Shown here: positions 52,230-62,845 of the stretch, one piece after another
Numbering within the stretch: position 1 is the stretch's first letter
Layout of the letters: the number at the start of each line of letters is the position of its first letter
Assembly (NCBI GenBank): GCA_964036045.1
Contig: OZ038378.1
Span: forward strand, 53,568,001 to 53,632,000
Direction: 5' to 3'
Source: Eutreptiella sp. 'Long Island Sound 2002'
Lineage: Eukaryota; Protista; Euglenida
DNA length: 64,000 nucleotides
The notes under the pieces: generated by a model
The model's input: only the letters and a program-made list of their open reading frames with translations
Told to the model about the DNA's origin: nothing
The model's database searches: none
Translations under genes and position numbers: made by a program

Positions 52230-52654
52230 CACACCCCTGAAGGTGACCTCATCCTCATGTCCCACAGTTCTAAAGAAATCGATGACCATGCATGGTCTGC
52301 ACTTGTGATCGACACCAATGGAGTAGCCCTAAAAGCCAGCTCCACAGTGAGATGCAAAGGAGGCAGCAGTTGGATTGCCGAATGGTGTGAAAAATTCCTC
52401 AATATGCTGCTCATCCATCGCTTCGACATTGATCCAAGCCGAGTCAGAGGTGCCATCTCGGAGAACCTCGTAGCCATGCATGGTGGTGACGGAGGCAACC
52501 CATCCAAATGCATGTGGGTTGACGCATACCGCATGTCATACGCACAGTTCCTGTGTAGACACGGTATCCCGGAATTCTACATTCCAGCACAACATAACAC
52601 CAAGAGCAACACCGAGCAGCGTTGTGGCAAATAGAAAGCGATGACACAGCAAAG

Positions 52655-53975
52655 TCAGCACTTCAGCACGCAACGGGTTGGTTCTGCTCCATACATTTTT
52701 ATCTTCTTACATTGTGGCGATCCTCCAGTCGACCAACAGCCGTGGCTGAACGTGTTGTACATGTGAGCCATGTCTTGGGGACTGGTGGCAAAGCCTTTGT
52801 GGTCATCGTTGTACACGATCTCGAGTACTTTGATGTATGGGTCCCAAGGTGCTGCCAGGCTTTTGTACTTGTGTTGCTCAGGTCGTGGGGCGGGGTCTAA
52901 AGGATTGTTATGCTGTAGGAGTACTGCTTGATGGAATTTGGTGCGCGCACACGTTGTGGTGGCATACAAGCCAACTGCCATTGGGTCGCCTTGGGATCCT
53001 CTGTGGCGCATTGTGTATGGACCTGCCAATATGAAGGGGGATACCACGTATATCTCGAATGAGTTGAAGAATTTCGCTGCCCATTCTTCTACGTGGAGTG
53101 CATCGGACGGGAAGAGGCTGTCCATGTCCTTCCTGATGGTGTTGCGGAATGTGTTACTTTCATCCCAATCGATGATGAAGACTTTGCCATAAAAGTGGTC
53201 GAACCAGCAGCTAGTTGTGGGCACCATGTGCAAAGGCTTGCACGAGGGAGGTAAACAGGTGGAGGCTGAATCCGTCTAGTCGGTTGACTAGAGCATGGGG
53301 TAGTTGTTCCACCGATGTGGCTTCACAGGATGATCGCCGTATGAGGTCGGTGAGTTCATGGAAATCGGGAGTCTTGCCAGGGGGGGCCTCGAGAGGCAGG
53401 CTTTTGCGTTCACGCTGTAATCTTAACATGTGTTTGAGAAAATCTGGTTTGTCCTCTTGTACTTCAGGGCTCAATTTCATGTGTTTCTTGATGTGCTCGT
53501 GATCCAGGGCCATGTATGATCTTCCGCTATGGAGTTCTTGGGCTTGCTTGGACATCTCCTCGTGGAATTCAGCTTTTTCCTTGGGGAAGTGTTTTCCATG
53601 GGCGCTGATCTCATCCACAACCTGGAATTTCAATTTTATGGCGTGAGTTGTGGCTGATGTGATTGAGACACTTTTTATTTTTTCCAAAGGGAAGTGGAGC
53701 TTCGCTGCCATGACCTTGTTGTTGCTAAGCTCCCACCATCGGGCAATTTCCGCTAAGCGTCTTCCACTGTGGGATTGCAAGGCTGCGGCTAGGGTTTTGG
53801 CATTTGTTGATGAGAGGGACATTTTCGATCGGCGGCGGGGTATGATGTCGTCCATGGCCGTGAAGTACAGGTGCATGACGGCAATGGGGTGCGATTTAGA
53901 GATGTTGGCCCCTGAGAAGAGGATGGAGCATGCGTTGGCCCTTTCCTGCAAGTCATCTTGGTCGAGGTGGCGCAA
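52655..53975 (-). mobile_element. Non-LTR retrotransposon ORF2 fragment (pre-RT linker plus RT core)
   Basis: IIDWDESNTF (motif A), RGSQGDPMAVGLY (motif B) and VYNDD (52802-52813). RT domains 2-3 appear deleted at the frameshift near 53220. Confidence 0.8.
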
Positions 53976-54172
53976 GTCATCTCTCTTGTTGGAGGAGTTG
54001 TGGGTTTCATCTGGTCACAGTCAATGGCAAGGGTGTATTGGTGCACATTGTGAGTGTTGAGGCCGGGTAGCTGTTCTCTGGTGCATACCACACAAAGTGT
54101 GCTGCTCTGCACGAATAGCTAGTCTATCTCTGTCATCAAAATACCCTTCTTGGTGCTCGGTGGAAAGCCCCA

Positions 54173-54240
54173 GGCGGTTCTTATTTTTGGGGCGGTTCTT
54201 AGTGTGGGGCCAGTTCTTATTTTTGGGACAGGGGTTTACG
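54173..54240. repeat. Second pogo-like end
   Basis: Repeated GGTTCTTATTTTTGGG ending in GGGGTTTACG, in the same orientation as 52200-52229. Confidence 0.55.
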
Positions 54241-54974
54241 TCAATCTGGATGGGGCATTGTGTGAGGTCTGCCGGAAGGTGGAATGAGACGTCGTGCTGG
54301 GCCATCCATTGTTGCGCAACGATCCAATCTGGGTGGGGGGGTTACGCTGGGCTTGGGATACAGCATGAGCGTTCTAGTGGTCTCCCTGGTATACGTGCTT
54401 CTGCTGTTGCAAGCAAGGAAGAGACCTTTGATGTATTGGCATTGTAGGTGAGAGAATACGTGAGGGACTGCGAAGCCCATGTCGTCGAGAGCTGCCCAAA
54501 GCATCTTGTTCGGGGTGTGGACCGGGATGCATAGTGCTTTGCAGACTATCCTCTTGATTTGTGCCTGTTGCAGTTGAACCCATTCTGCTTGCACTGGGAT
54601 GGCTGAGAACACGTAGTCTACCACGGACAGGGTGTACGTGATCACGCTTCGCGGTATGAGAACAAAGGAGGGTTGTAGGCGTTCGAGCGTTCCTTGAAGG
54701 ATGGAGAGGCATTTGGCGAACTTCAGAGTGGGTTCTTTGGGGATCTCTCCGGGGATGAGTGGGATTCCGGTCATCTTGAGGTCCAATTTTGGAGGGTGAA
54801 CATGCCCCACATCGTCTCCACTTCGCCATCAATGTACTCTAGTGTGCCATTCTTACAGGATTGTACTGATCCAGTACGCTGCTCGAGTCCGGCATTAGTG
54901 TACTTGCCTTCAGTGAGTCCTCTGCGCCGGACAACATTGCATTTGGTGTCGCCGGGATAGCTTCTGGCCGTCAC
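54241..54974 (-). mobile_element. Non-LTR RT C-terminal/thumb fragment
   Basis: LKMTGIPL (YLG-equivalent), VITYTLSVVDYVFS and RIVCKALCIPVHTPNKMLW...MGFAVPHV are typical post-RT motifs. Confidence 0.7.
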
Positions 54975-55272
54975 AGTGGTGTTGTACTATGCCACGAAGG
55001 AACCAAAGACAAATTCTCATGCCCCTTCTGCCGCACAATGGCCACCGGCCGGGGTGTCCACATGCAATCTGCCTGCATCATGCTCCCGCTCCTATGCTTG
55101 TTGTCGTTCGCCAACGTAGCAAACTGTCTAGCCATTCAAGGATACTCCATCGAATGGCAATCACCGGCTGCTTTCTCCACCACCAAGGAAGACGAAAAGC
55201 ATGCATGGGGACTAATCCCCGATTTCTTGCTCGAATCCCACACCCAATGTTCCTCTCAGCGCATGCATCACG

Positions 55273-55911
55273 TTGTCAGGATTAGTCCTTCGTTCCAAAA
55301 GAAGCCCCCTCTCCACGGTTGATGCCATAACCATCTCCTCAGAGTACCTAAGCTGCCTAGGCTTCATGAGAACATGGCCACCTGCTGTACGCACAGAGCA
55401 CCTAACCACGGAACCCAATCCGCAAGGATGGTCCACACTCAAGACAGAATGGAAGTATCATGCAATCGCTGCGGCGTTCAACTTCGTTGGGCGTCTGAAC
55501 AACTCACTGATGTGCGACACCAGCCCGGTCCCACTGAGCCTCTTCCCCTCGGCAGTCACCCCTCTCTCGTTTCAAGCTAGAGCAGAATGCCCCACCTATG
55601 ATCCCGAACCAAGCACAGTATACGTATCATCAGTTTCACCTGCTGTTATCCATGGTCAGTCACACGCTGTGACGTTCAGAGTATCTGAAGAGCTGCACAT
55701 GAGCTTTGACAGAGAATTGACACTCACTACTGCTGGCAAGCTTACACAAGTTCTGTTGCAGGACGAGTGGCCAAGCGCTCCACAAGATCAGGCTCACAAT
55801 CCTGAACCTCCCGCACTGGACTGGGACAGTATCTCCGCATCTGCGAGTGAATCCTCCCTCGAACCTCCTCACAATTCCAAGAATGACACCGACTACTGGG
55901 ACTCAGACTAA
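55273..55911 (+). CDS. Hypothetical ORF (possible retroelement ORF1-like remnant)
   Basis: 212-codon open frame in non-repetitive sequence with protein-like composition. No recognised motif. Confidence 0.2.
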   Translation: MSGLVLRSKRSPLSTVDAITISSEYLSCLGFMRTWPPAVRTEHLTTEPNPQGWSTLKTEWKYHAIAAAFNFVGRLNNSLMCDTSPVPLSLFPSAVTPLSFQARAECPTYDPEPSTVYVSSVSPAVIHGQSHAVTFRVSEELHMSFDRELTLTTAGKLTQVLLQDEWPSAPQDQAHNPEPPALDWDSISASASESSLEPPHNSKNDTDYWDSD

Positions 55912-56875
55912 AAGTTCGAATGAATGCCGAATGCTTTCGTGCTGTGTGTCGCCCTTATGTCTCCTAAACTTACCCAACATCCCTGTGCTCAATAACCAAG
56001 AATGGGAGACTCTCAAAAGAATAGAAAATGACAATTCGAGAGAGGGAGAGACCGCAATGATCATCACTGCACAGCAACAGAAGCCCATACCAATGGAAAA
56101 ACACACAGTTTTACGCCAGCTCATGGAAGAAAATTCAAGCCACTTCGCTCCCCTGCCTCCCCTGATCAATCCCTATCAACCAAACCCAATCCTTATCCCA
56201 CCCATGAATCTCATCACCATGAATCTCATCGTTCTCCCTCCAGATCATACCCTATCAACCAACGCCAAGATCCCAGTCATGAAAGAGTCAAAGTAACCAA
56301 AAAGAATCTAGAACGAATCTACTCCCGAATCCGGGAGAACCAAATCAATGCCAGCTCTCGGAAACCAAACCGCACCATCACAAGCTCTAAGAACAAAGCA
56401 AGCCCTCACAATCCCACACACAGAAGGAATCCCAGCCCCAATTCACCAGAGAAGAGAACCATCAAACTCCCTCTCCCCCCCAAAAAAGAGAGCCTCACAT
56501 ACTCACTCAAGAAAGGCGTCCCAACCCCATGTCATCCGAGAAGTGAACTGTCATACCTCCCCTTCACTCCCCGATCTTAGAGAACCAAATCAATACCGGC
56601 TCTCGGATACACAATGCTATGTCTCCTGATCATACCCAGCATCTTGTGGGAAGTCCAAGCGCCCCACACAAGAAGATGAACGAACTAAATCAAAACATAA
56701 ATCCAAAAGAAATATAGCGGGCAAGGCACCCCGCGGCTACCAAAAGGAGCCATGCCGAGGTATGGGGGCCGGCGGTGGGTAATGTCATGCCGCCACACAT
56801 GAGGTGACTGCTACTCCCTGGGGAAACACCCCCCCAAATATACACCGCCCAGCCAATACCAATACCAATACCAAT

Positions 56876-56911
56876 ACACACACACACACACGCACGCACG
56901 CACGCACGCAT

Positions 56912-56942
<31 letters not shown>
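56876..56942. repeat. (CA)n/(GCAC)n microsatellite
   Basis: Directly visible. Confidence 0.9.
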
Positions 56943-56945
<3 letters not shown>

Positions 56946-56958
56946 CATTGAATGCACC

Positions 56959-59300
56959 CTATGAACGTGGCAAACAACAAAAATAACGTGCCGTCGTAGG
57001 ATCTGGGGAGCACACCTGCTTATGATGGTCTAGTGACTTCTGAGATGAGAAATATCGTTGGCAATCGGGCTCCGAGCAGGGGAGCGCCAGTCTACGAACC
57101 ATCCGTTGAACCCTCTGCTCATTGGCCCAATACACATGAATGCACACTAGCGCCAGAGATGCTGCGAAATTGATTTGGGCTTCACTGAGGGTCGCTGCGC
57201 TCCAACATGAAGACACCATTGATTCTCCAAAAGGCAATGAGAAACGTTCTTCCGCCAATGTAGAAAGGTCCTTCTTTGCTGCCTCCTTGTTGAGTTTGCG
57301 CTCCTACACACAATAAAAAAATGATCCGAGTACTTGATTGTCAAACCAGGACATCAACAATTGCCTTACGATGGCCTCGTTCCGTTATATAGCGTCCAAG
57401 CACGCGTATGAGGTCAATGTATTAGTCAAATGAAATTAACAAAAAAACATGGATGAAACGAGGGTCTAGCGCAGCTGCATGGTATTGAAATCAGAGGCAC
57501 ATGTTTGCCAAAAGCGCATTCAAGGGAGCTGTGGCACAGACTTTGATGTGACCCCCCCCCCCCTTCCCCCCTCCGCCGCCCCTAACCAACTGATAGCTGC
57601 AATGACCGGGCTGAGGAAGGGGGACAAATTGAGGTGCTACAAGTTCGCACTTGTGGGTGCACGCATGATGCTTGTCAGTTTCGGTTTCGCCAGTTGCAAG
57701 CCCGCAGCTTGGTGCTGTTCGCTCGAACTTCCAAAAGCAGGCCCCTTCACAGCGTTGAGAGCATTGCCTGCTGTGTCACTGGTACTTCCGAGCAAGACTG
57801 AATTGATTAGGGACCCCCGCCCCCACAGGGCAAGTGGCCCGAACTGCCCACAGCACCGGTGGGGCATGGCAGATTTGATGGATGGAGTGCATCTTTGATT
57901 TGGCAGTGCATGTGCGCTTTGCTACAATTCATTTTTCCCCAAGGAAGGTTTCTCTTGTGGGGAGGGGGCCAGGGGTTGTCTGGGGGCCCAACACAGGCCC
58001 AACACAGCCCCCTATGAGCATCTGCCCTGAAGATTTGCAATAGTAACACAAGAAGCATGTAGCACCAATGGTAGCACCCGACTAGAGATGCTGCTGTTTT
58101 TGTTTGAGTGCAAACTGGTGGGTGTTGCTTGCAGATTTGATTGTGTGCATTCTTTCTTGTTGCTCTACTATCGTACAACAAGAACAAAGGAGACCTGAAC
58201 ATGTGTGTGCTGCGTCAACTGGAAAAAATGATGTGCTTTGGCAACGGCCAACAATCAATTTCCAAACGTGCCCCGGTCTTTCGGTTCTCACCAGTCCATG
58301 CCAACCCCACCAAGGTTTAACAAGCGGCGCCATGAAATCCACCGAGCAATGAGCGAGCACACTCGTCTACAATGCGCATCGGACGCTACCGCAAGCAAAA
58401 GAACGTCCTGCGCTTTGGAAGGCCAACTAGCGGGACACTCGACATCAGCTACCCACAGGCAAAACCTAGCAGTGGCGCCATGTCATGGATCTCACCCCCT
58501 GCACCGATTTTCGCCATTAGTGCAACTGCCACCTCCTGTCAACTTGGTACCGTTGTACTTCACGAAGTAAATCTGGTAAACTTGCTCGAGGTTGAGAGCC
58601 CGTCGACCAGATATAGCTTTGCTCAAACATAGAACCATAAATGGCATTTCAAGAACAAGAAGAAACAAGAAGCAAGCTACACGACGCAATTTCAACTCAC
58701 TCCAATCCACCCATATTGCATTCAAACCCTTTTTCGGGCTGGGTTTTTTGGGAACAAAACATTTGCCCACTTGGGAGTTTACTCCCGCTCCTTGAACCAC
58801 TTCGCCAAACAAAATTGCGATAACATTGCTCATAAGTTAGTGGTTTACATGCCTTCAACATGGGGCTGAGTTAGCACGCACGCAACAAGCACAATTGCGA
58901 TTCATTCGCGCGGCGCGGCGCACCACTGCAGGTTGAGCTAGCGTCTTCGGGAGAACACTGCTCTCTGAAACTTTGAGCGCGTTGCCCTCACGCACTTTAT
59001 CCCACTGCGGTATACTTGTTTTTTCCTTGTAAATAAGGCGATGGATACACAACCTCTGGAGAACCTTTGGAGGGTTCGTGCACTTTGTTGTTAACCCCCT
59101 GCTGAAAATGGTGCTTTGTCCATCATTTGGGAACTTGTGTTCCAGTGAACCATTGCTTGTTTTTCATTGTGAATTCCATGAGTGTTTACTTTGTTTTTCT
59201 TGGAGAAATCGTGAAACTCTTGCAGCAGGAACACATAGTTTGCACTGCCTCTTGATCCTGGTACCTAGCACGGTATTTGGTGGGGTGTGGGAAAAAATCA
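56959..59300 (-). pseudogene. Heavily decayed hAT-like transposase with a C-terminal C2H2-type finger
   Basis: Motifs occur in the expected order: QCKLC...TSNGSLEH (BED-like), CSVDF, LLGSTSDTAGNALNAV (TDxAxN), STLAEERFSL (ERxFS), then CSEPDCQRYFSSQKSLDHHKQVC. Confidence 0.4.
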
Positions 59301-61257
59301 ACTATTGGGGAAGAATACCGAAGGAGTGAGCGGTCCACGAGCCTCACCTCTGGAAAACCCTGCTCAAAAACCGTCTGTCTCAAAGAAAGCAAGGCCACCA
59401 GTCGCCAAGTTTGTGAGACAATCACGCTTTGAAACTCAACGCTCCGTCTTTCTATCTGAATGCCAAACGACCATTCATGGGTCCACAAATACACCAGTAA
59501 GCAAAAGGTTTGTTTCTCGCGCCACGTTCCCTCCACGTCCCTACGTTTTGCTTGGGTTTGGCAGCGTCCTGCAACATACCATGTCTCCAAGATCCATGTA
59601 GTGGCACAAAGTGAAGCCCCTTTCGCGAAGCTTGCGCAAGTATGTTGCGTTGAAGCCGCACATGGCCTTAATGATGTTGGAGTCTTCGATAAGCTCTGAG
59701 AGCACAAAGCATTTTCGACCCCCCGTACACTGCTAAAACCCTCCCACACATCACCACAACATCACGAATATAATGTTTTTGCACAATTCCACGTGATGAT
59801 GAAGGTCCGAATATTGCATATTTGTGGAGAGAGAAGAGATTGTACAACGGTATGCATGTGTTCCTCCAAGCACATAGTTTGCGCAAACCTCGCAACTTCG
59901 GTGGCATCTCCTCCAAATCGTGCACACGCGCCAACAGACATTCGCCACGGAGAGCAATTTGGAACAATGAAATCTGGTGATTGGTTGTGAATACCTCTCC
60001 ATCCACGTCATCCTGGTCCTGTCAAACATATTCACCGGCGCACGATCACTCTCCAAATGCTGGACGGACACAACGCAACGACGCCAAGACGTCCGAAGCG
60101 TTTTCCAGCGCTTTTTTTGCAACTGCTTTTGGGAAAGCTTGAATCTAACGTGCTGCAGCAGAGTAGCGACACACCCAAAGGAGACTGCAACCCACCACAC
60201 CCTCGGCTTCGCTTACATTCTCGGTAATCCATTGCTCAATCTGTGATCCAAGGTAGGCAACTGGTGAGAATGAGCAAACAGGTGCAAAATTCCGTTAAAG
60301 CGAAGACACACCTCTTGAACATTTGAAGTAACCACTACTTTCGTTGTTGAATTCAGCAACCTTTGGACTGTAATATTATTCTCCATGTCAGTCCATCATC
60401 CAGCCCATCCCCGTCAAAACTCCTGAAAATCGCAACCACCTCAACTCAGTGGAATCCAAGCGGATGAAAGGAACGCTGATCAAACAGCATGACTCTGGCG
60501 ACCGGCACAAGAGTCTCAACTAACCTTGCCTTCTGTGCCTTCGCTTTCGTTTCCTCGGGTACGGCCTGGGTAAGGGACTTAGTCGGTAAACTCTGCAAAG
60601 CTATGGATAGAAAATCATCACCAAGCATGACACTGCTAGCACCAGAGCAATGGTGCATTTGGAAGCTGGGTCTGTGAGCCCAAGGCGGCAACAATCTTGA
60701 TCATGGCTGAGGATCCATTAATATTGGGTTCGCATCAAGCAAATCATTGCTTGCGCGCTGGGAGATCCCACGGACGACTGACCGTTAAACTCTAGCTTTT
60801 TTCAACTATCCGAAAGTGGGCACAAATTGCCACAAATCACCACTGGCAGCGTGGGCTGAAATTTTGTCATGGAGGGGTGCTTTGAACCCACGGGGCACCC
60901 ACCTGCCCTCAGTACCAGCGGCTGTAATAATGCTTACGCGCGGCGCTTTTTGGCCGGTTCGTTCAAATTTTGGGAATATCTTCAGCAGGAAACCACCAAA
61001 TGCGGATTTTTTTTGACAAATCTGTAGCTTGAGAGCTGTGTTATAGCTGGGAGCATCAGAATTTCTGTCACAATGCACTGTACCAGAATTTCTGCCCTTG
61101 GGGGGTTGTGGCATTTTGGCCCATATCTGGCAAAATCCTCAAATTGACGTTCAAATTTTGGACATTTCTTCATGCCAATGCCATGTTTTTTGATTCGGAG
61201 CTTTTCTGCTACATTGGCATTATGTAACTGCTAAGATCTGCCCCATTTTGTTCACAT

Positions 61258-61440
61258 GTATGCGTACGCGTTATCGTACGCACTGATTTTGTAACGCGCA
61301 TGAACCAGCGAACCAGCGCGTACGCGTTGCGATCTGAGTGCGTACGCGTTGTGTTCTGAGTGCGTACGCGCTGGTATTTTGGCGCGTACGCGTTGGTATT
61401 TTAGCGCGTACGCACTCAGAACGCAACGCGTGTGCGCTGC
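61258..61440. repeat. GCGTACGC palindrome array containing a 29-bp-stem hairpin
   Basis: Arms 61344-61372 and 61403-61431 are reverse complements with one mismatch, around a 30-nt loop. Confidence 0.85.
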
Positions 61441-61563
61441 CTATGGTGCCCGTACGCTGTGTGCAGTAGTGGCGGTTGAATTGTGCTCCTTTTGACGTGA
61501 CAAAGAAAAACTTTTACTTTTCTTCATTTCTGTTTTCCTTTCCTTAGTGCTTTTCTGCACGAC

Positions 61564-62072
61564 ATGCCCGGCAAGAAAAAACCCGGAAAGAAGAAGGTGG
61601 CGAGGAAAGGCTCCGTGCCTGCCGCCGAAGCCGGGGCCGTGGCAAAGAGGGCGCCGAGGACAAGTGTGGGTCAAGACGTGGTGGTGGGAGACGTGGATTT
61701 GGAGGAGGAGGAGGAGGAGGAGGATGAGGTGGTGGCCGAAGGCAATAGGCCCGCCGAGATTGTGAAGCGGGCCTTGGAGGTCGGGGAGTTGGAGGAGGAT
61801 GAAACGGTGGAGCGTTGGTTGACGGCGGGACACGGTTTACGGTTGAGAAAGGTTCGTTGGTGTTCACGTTTGCCACGTGTGGTTACGTGTTGAGGCGGGA
61901 CGAGGATGGGCCGGAATGGATGGAGTGGGCAGCCAAAGGGCATGCCTTGTATGTGGCGCCCGCTAGTGTTGCGGAGGCGGTGGAGCAGAACTGGGTGGTG
62001 CAGCGGCCGACGGCGGGCGGCGGAATGGAGTACTCATGTGGGTGCATGGACCATTGTGATAATCATGGGGAG
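61564..62072 (+). CDS. Frameshifted ORF: Lys-rich N-terminus, acidic tract, SWIM-like CxC motif
   Basis: ORFs 61564-61893 and 61815-62213 join by a 1-nt frameshift near 61815. The product ends MEYSCGCMDHCDNHGE, with GAG|GTATGC at 62072/62073. Confidence 0.4.
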
Positions 62073-62084
62073 GTATGCATTTCT

Positions 62085-62340
62085 TGCGCATGTGGCACGT
62101 ACGCACCGCGTACGTTTTGTGCAAGTGCCTCGTACACGTTACGTTTTTGGTGCGTACGTGTTGACCTGCCAACACGTACGCGTCGGCCACATAGATCGTA
62201 CGTGTTGGGGTAGCAACACGTACGCGTTGCCCGAGCGACTCGTACGCGTTGGCGTACCAGCACGTACTAGTTGCCCAAGTAGATCGTACGCGCTAATGTA
62301 CCAACGCGTACGTGTTGCGTGCGCTGCCCACACGTGTTGT
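62085..62340. repeat. Second CGTACG-rich degenerate palindrome array
   Basis: About 12 CGTAC(G) cores, roughly 20-25 bp apart. Confidence 0.8.
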
Positions 62341-62412
62341 TTCACCATTAACGTGTCTCTATCCCTGCGTGCGCGCTACAGGGTATTGCCGCGCTATGGC
62401 TCAGTGCGCACT

Positions 62413-62440
62413 ACAAAGACATAGCGCGCTATGTCTTTGT
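62413..62440. repeat. Perfect 28-bp palindrome ACAAAGACATAGCGCGCTATGTCTTTGT
   Basis: Checked base by base as self-reverse-complementary. Confidence 0.95.
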
Positions 62441-62564
62441 CTATGTCTATGTCGGGGTCTTGGGTTTGTAACCCCATGTCCTAATAAGCAGGGCAAAAAC
62501 GCCAATTTCTCTAAAGTTTCAGATGCTTCCGGCACCGCAAGTGACGTTGCCAATGTCAGGAAAG

Positions 62565-62657
62565 ATACGGCCGTATACTCAAGGCTCCAATACCTCAGTA
62601 TACGGCCGTATACTCTGGAGTATACGGCCGTATACTTAGAGTATACGGCCGTATACT
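62565..62657. repeat. Three perfect 18-bp palindromes AGTATACGGCCGTATACT plus one partial copy
   Basis: Perfect copies at 62597-62614, 62619-62636 and 62640-62657. Partial copy at 62565-62579. Confidence 0.95.
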
Positions 62658-62845
62658 GGGGGTATTTGTTTGCACCACGTGGTTGTTTCAAGTTGAAAAA
62701 TTCCATTGTTGTGCCTTTTGTGCCCATCTTGTTGCCAATCTAGGCTCATACTTCACTCAAGATTGCAATGTATGTCTCCATATGTGTCCATTCCAATCCA
62801 TATTATGTTGCTTCTTGCTCTCCCAGGCCCTCTTTTTCTGCCACC

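Noticed and set aside
62565-62657. CRISPR-like palindromic repeats
   Set aside because: Spacers between the perfect copies are only 3-4 nt and there are too few copies.
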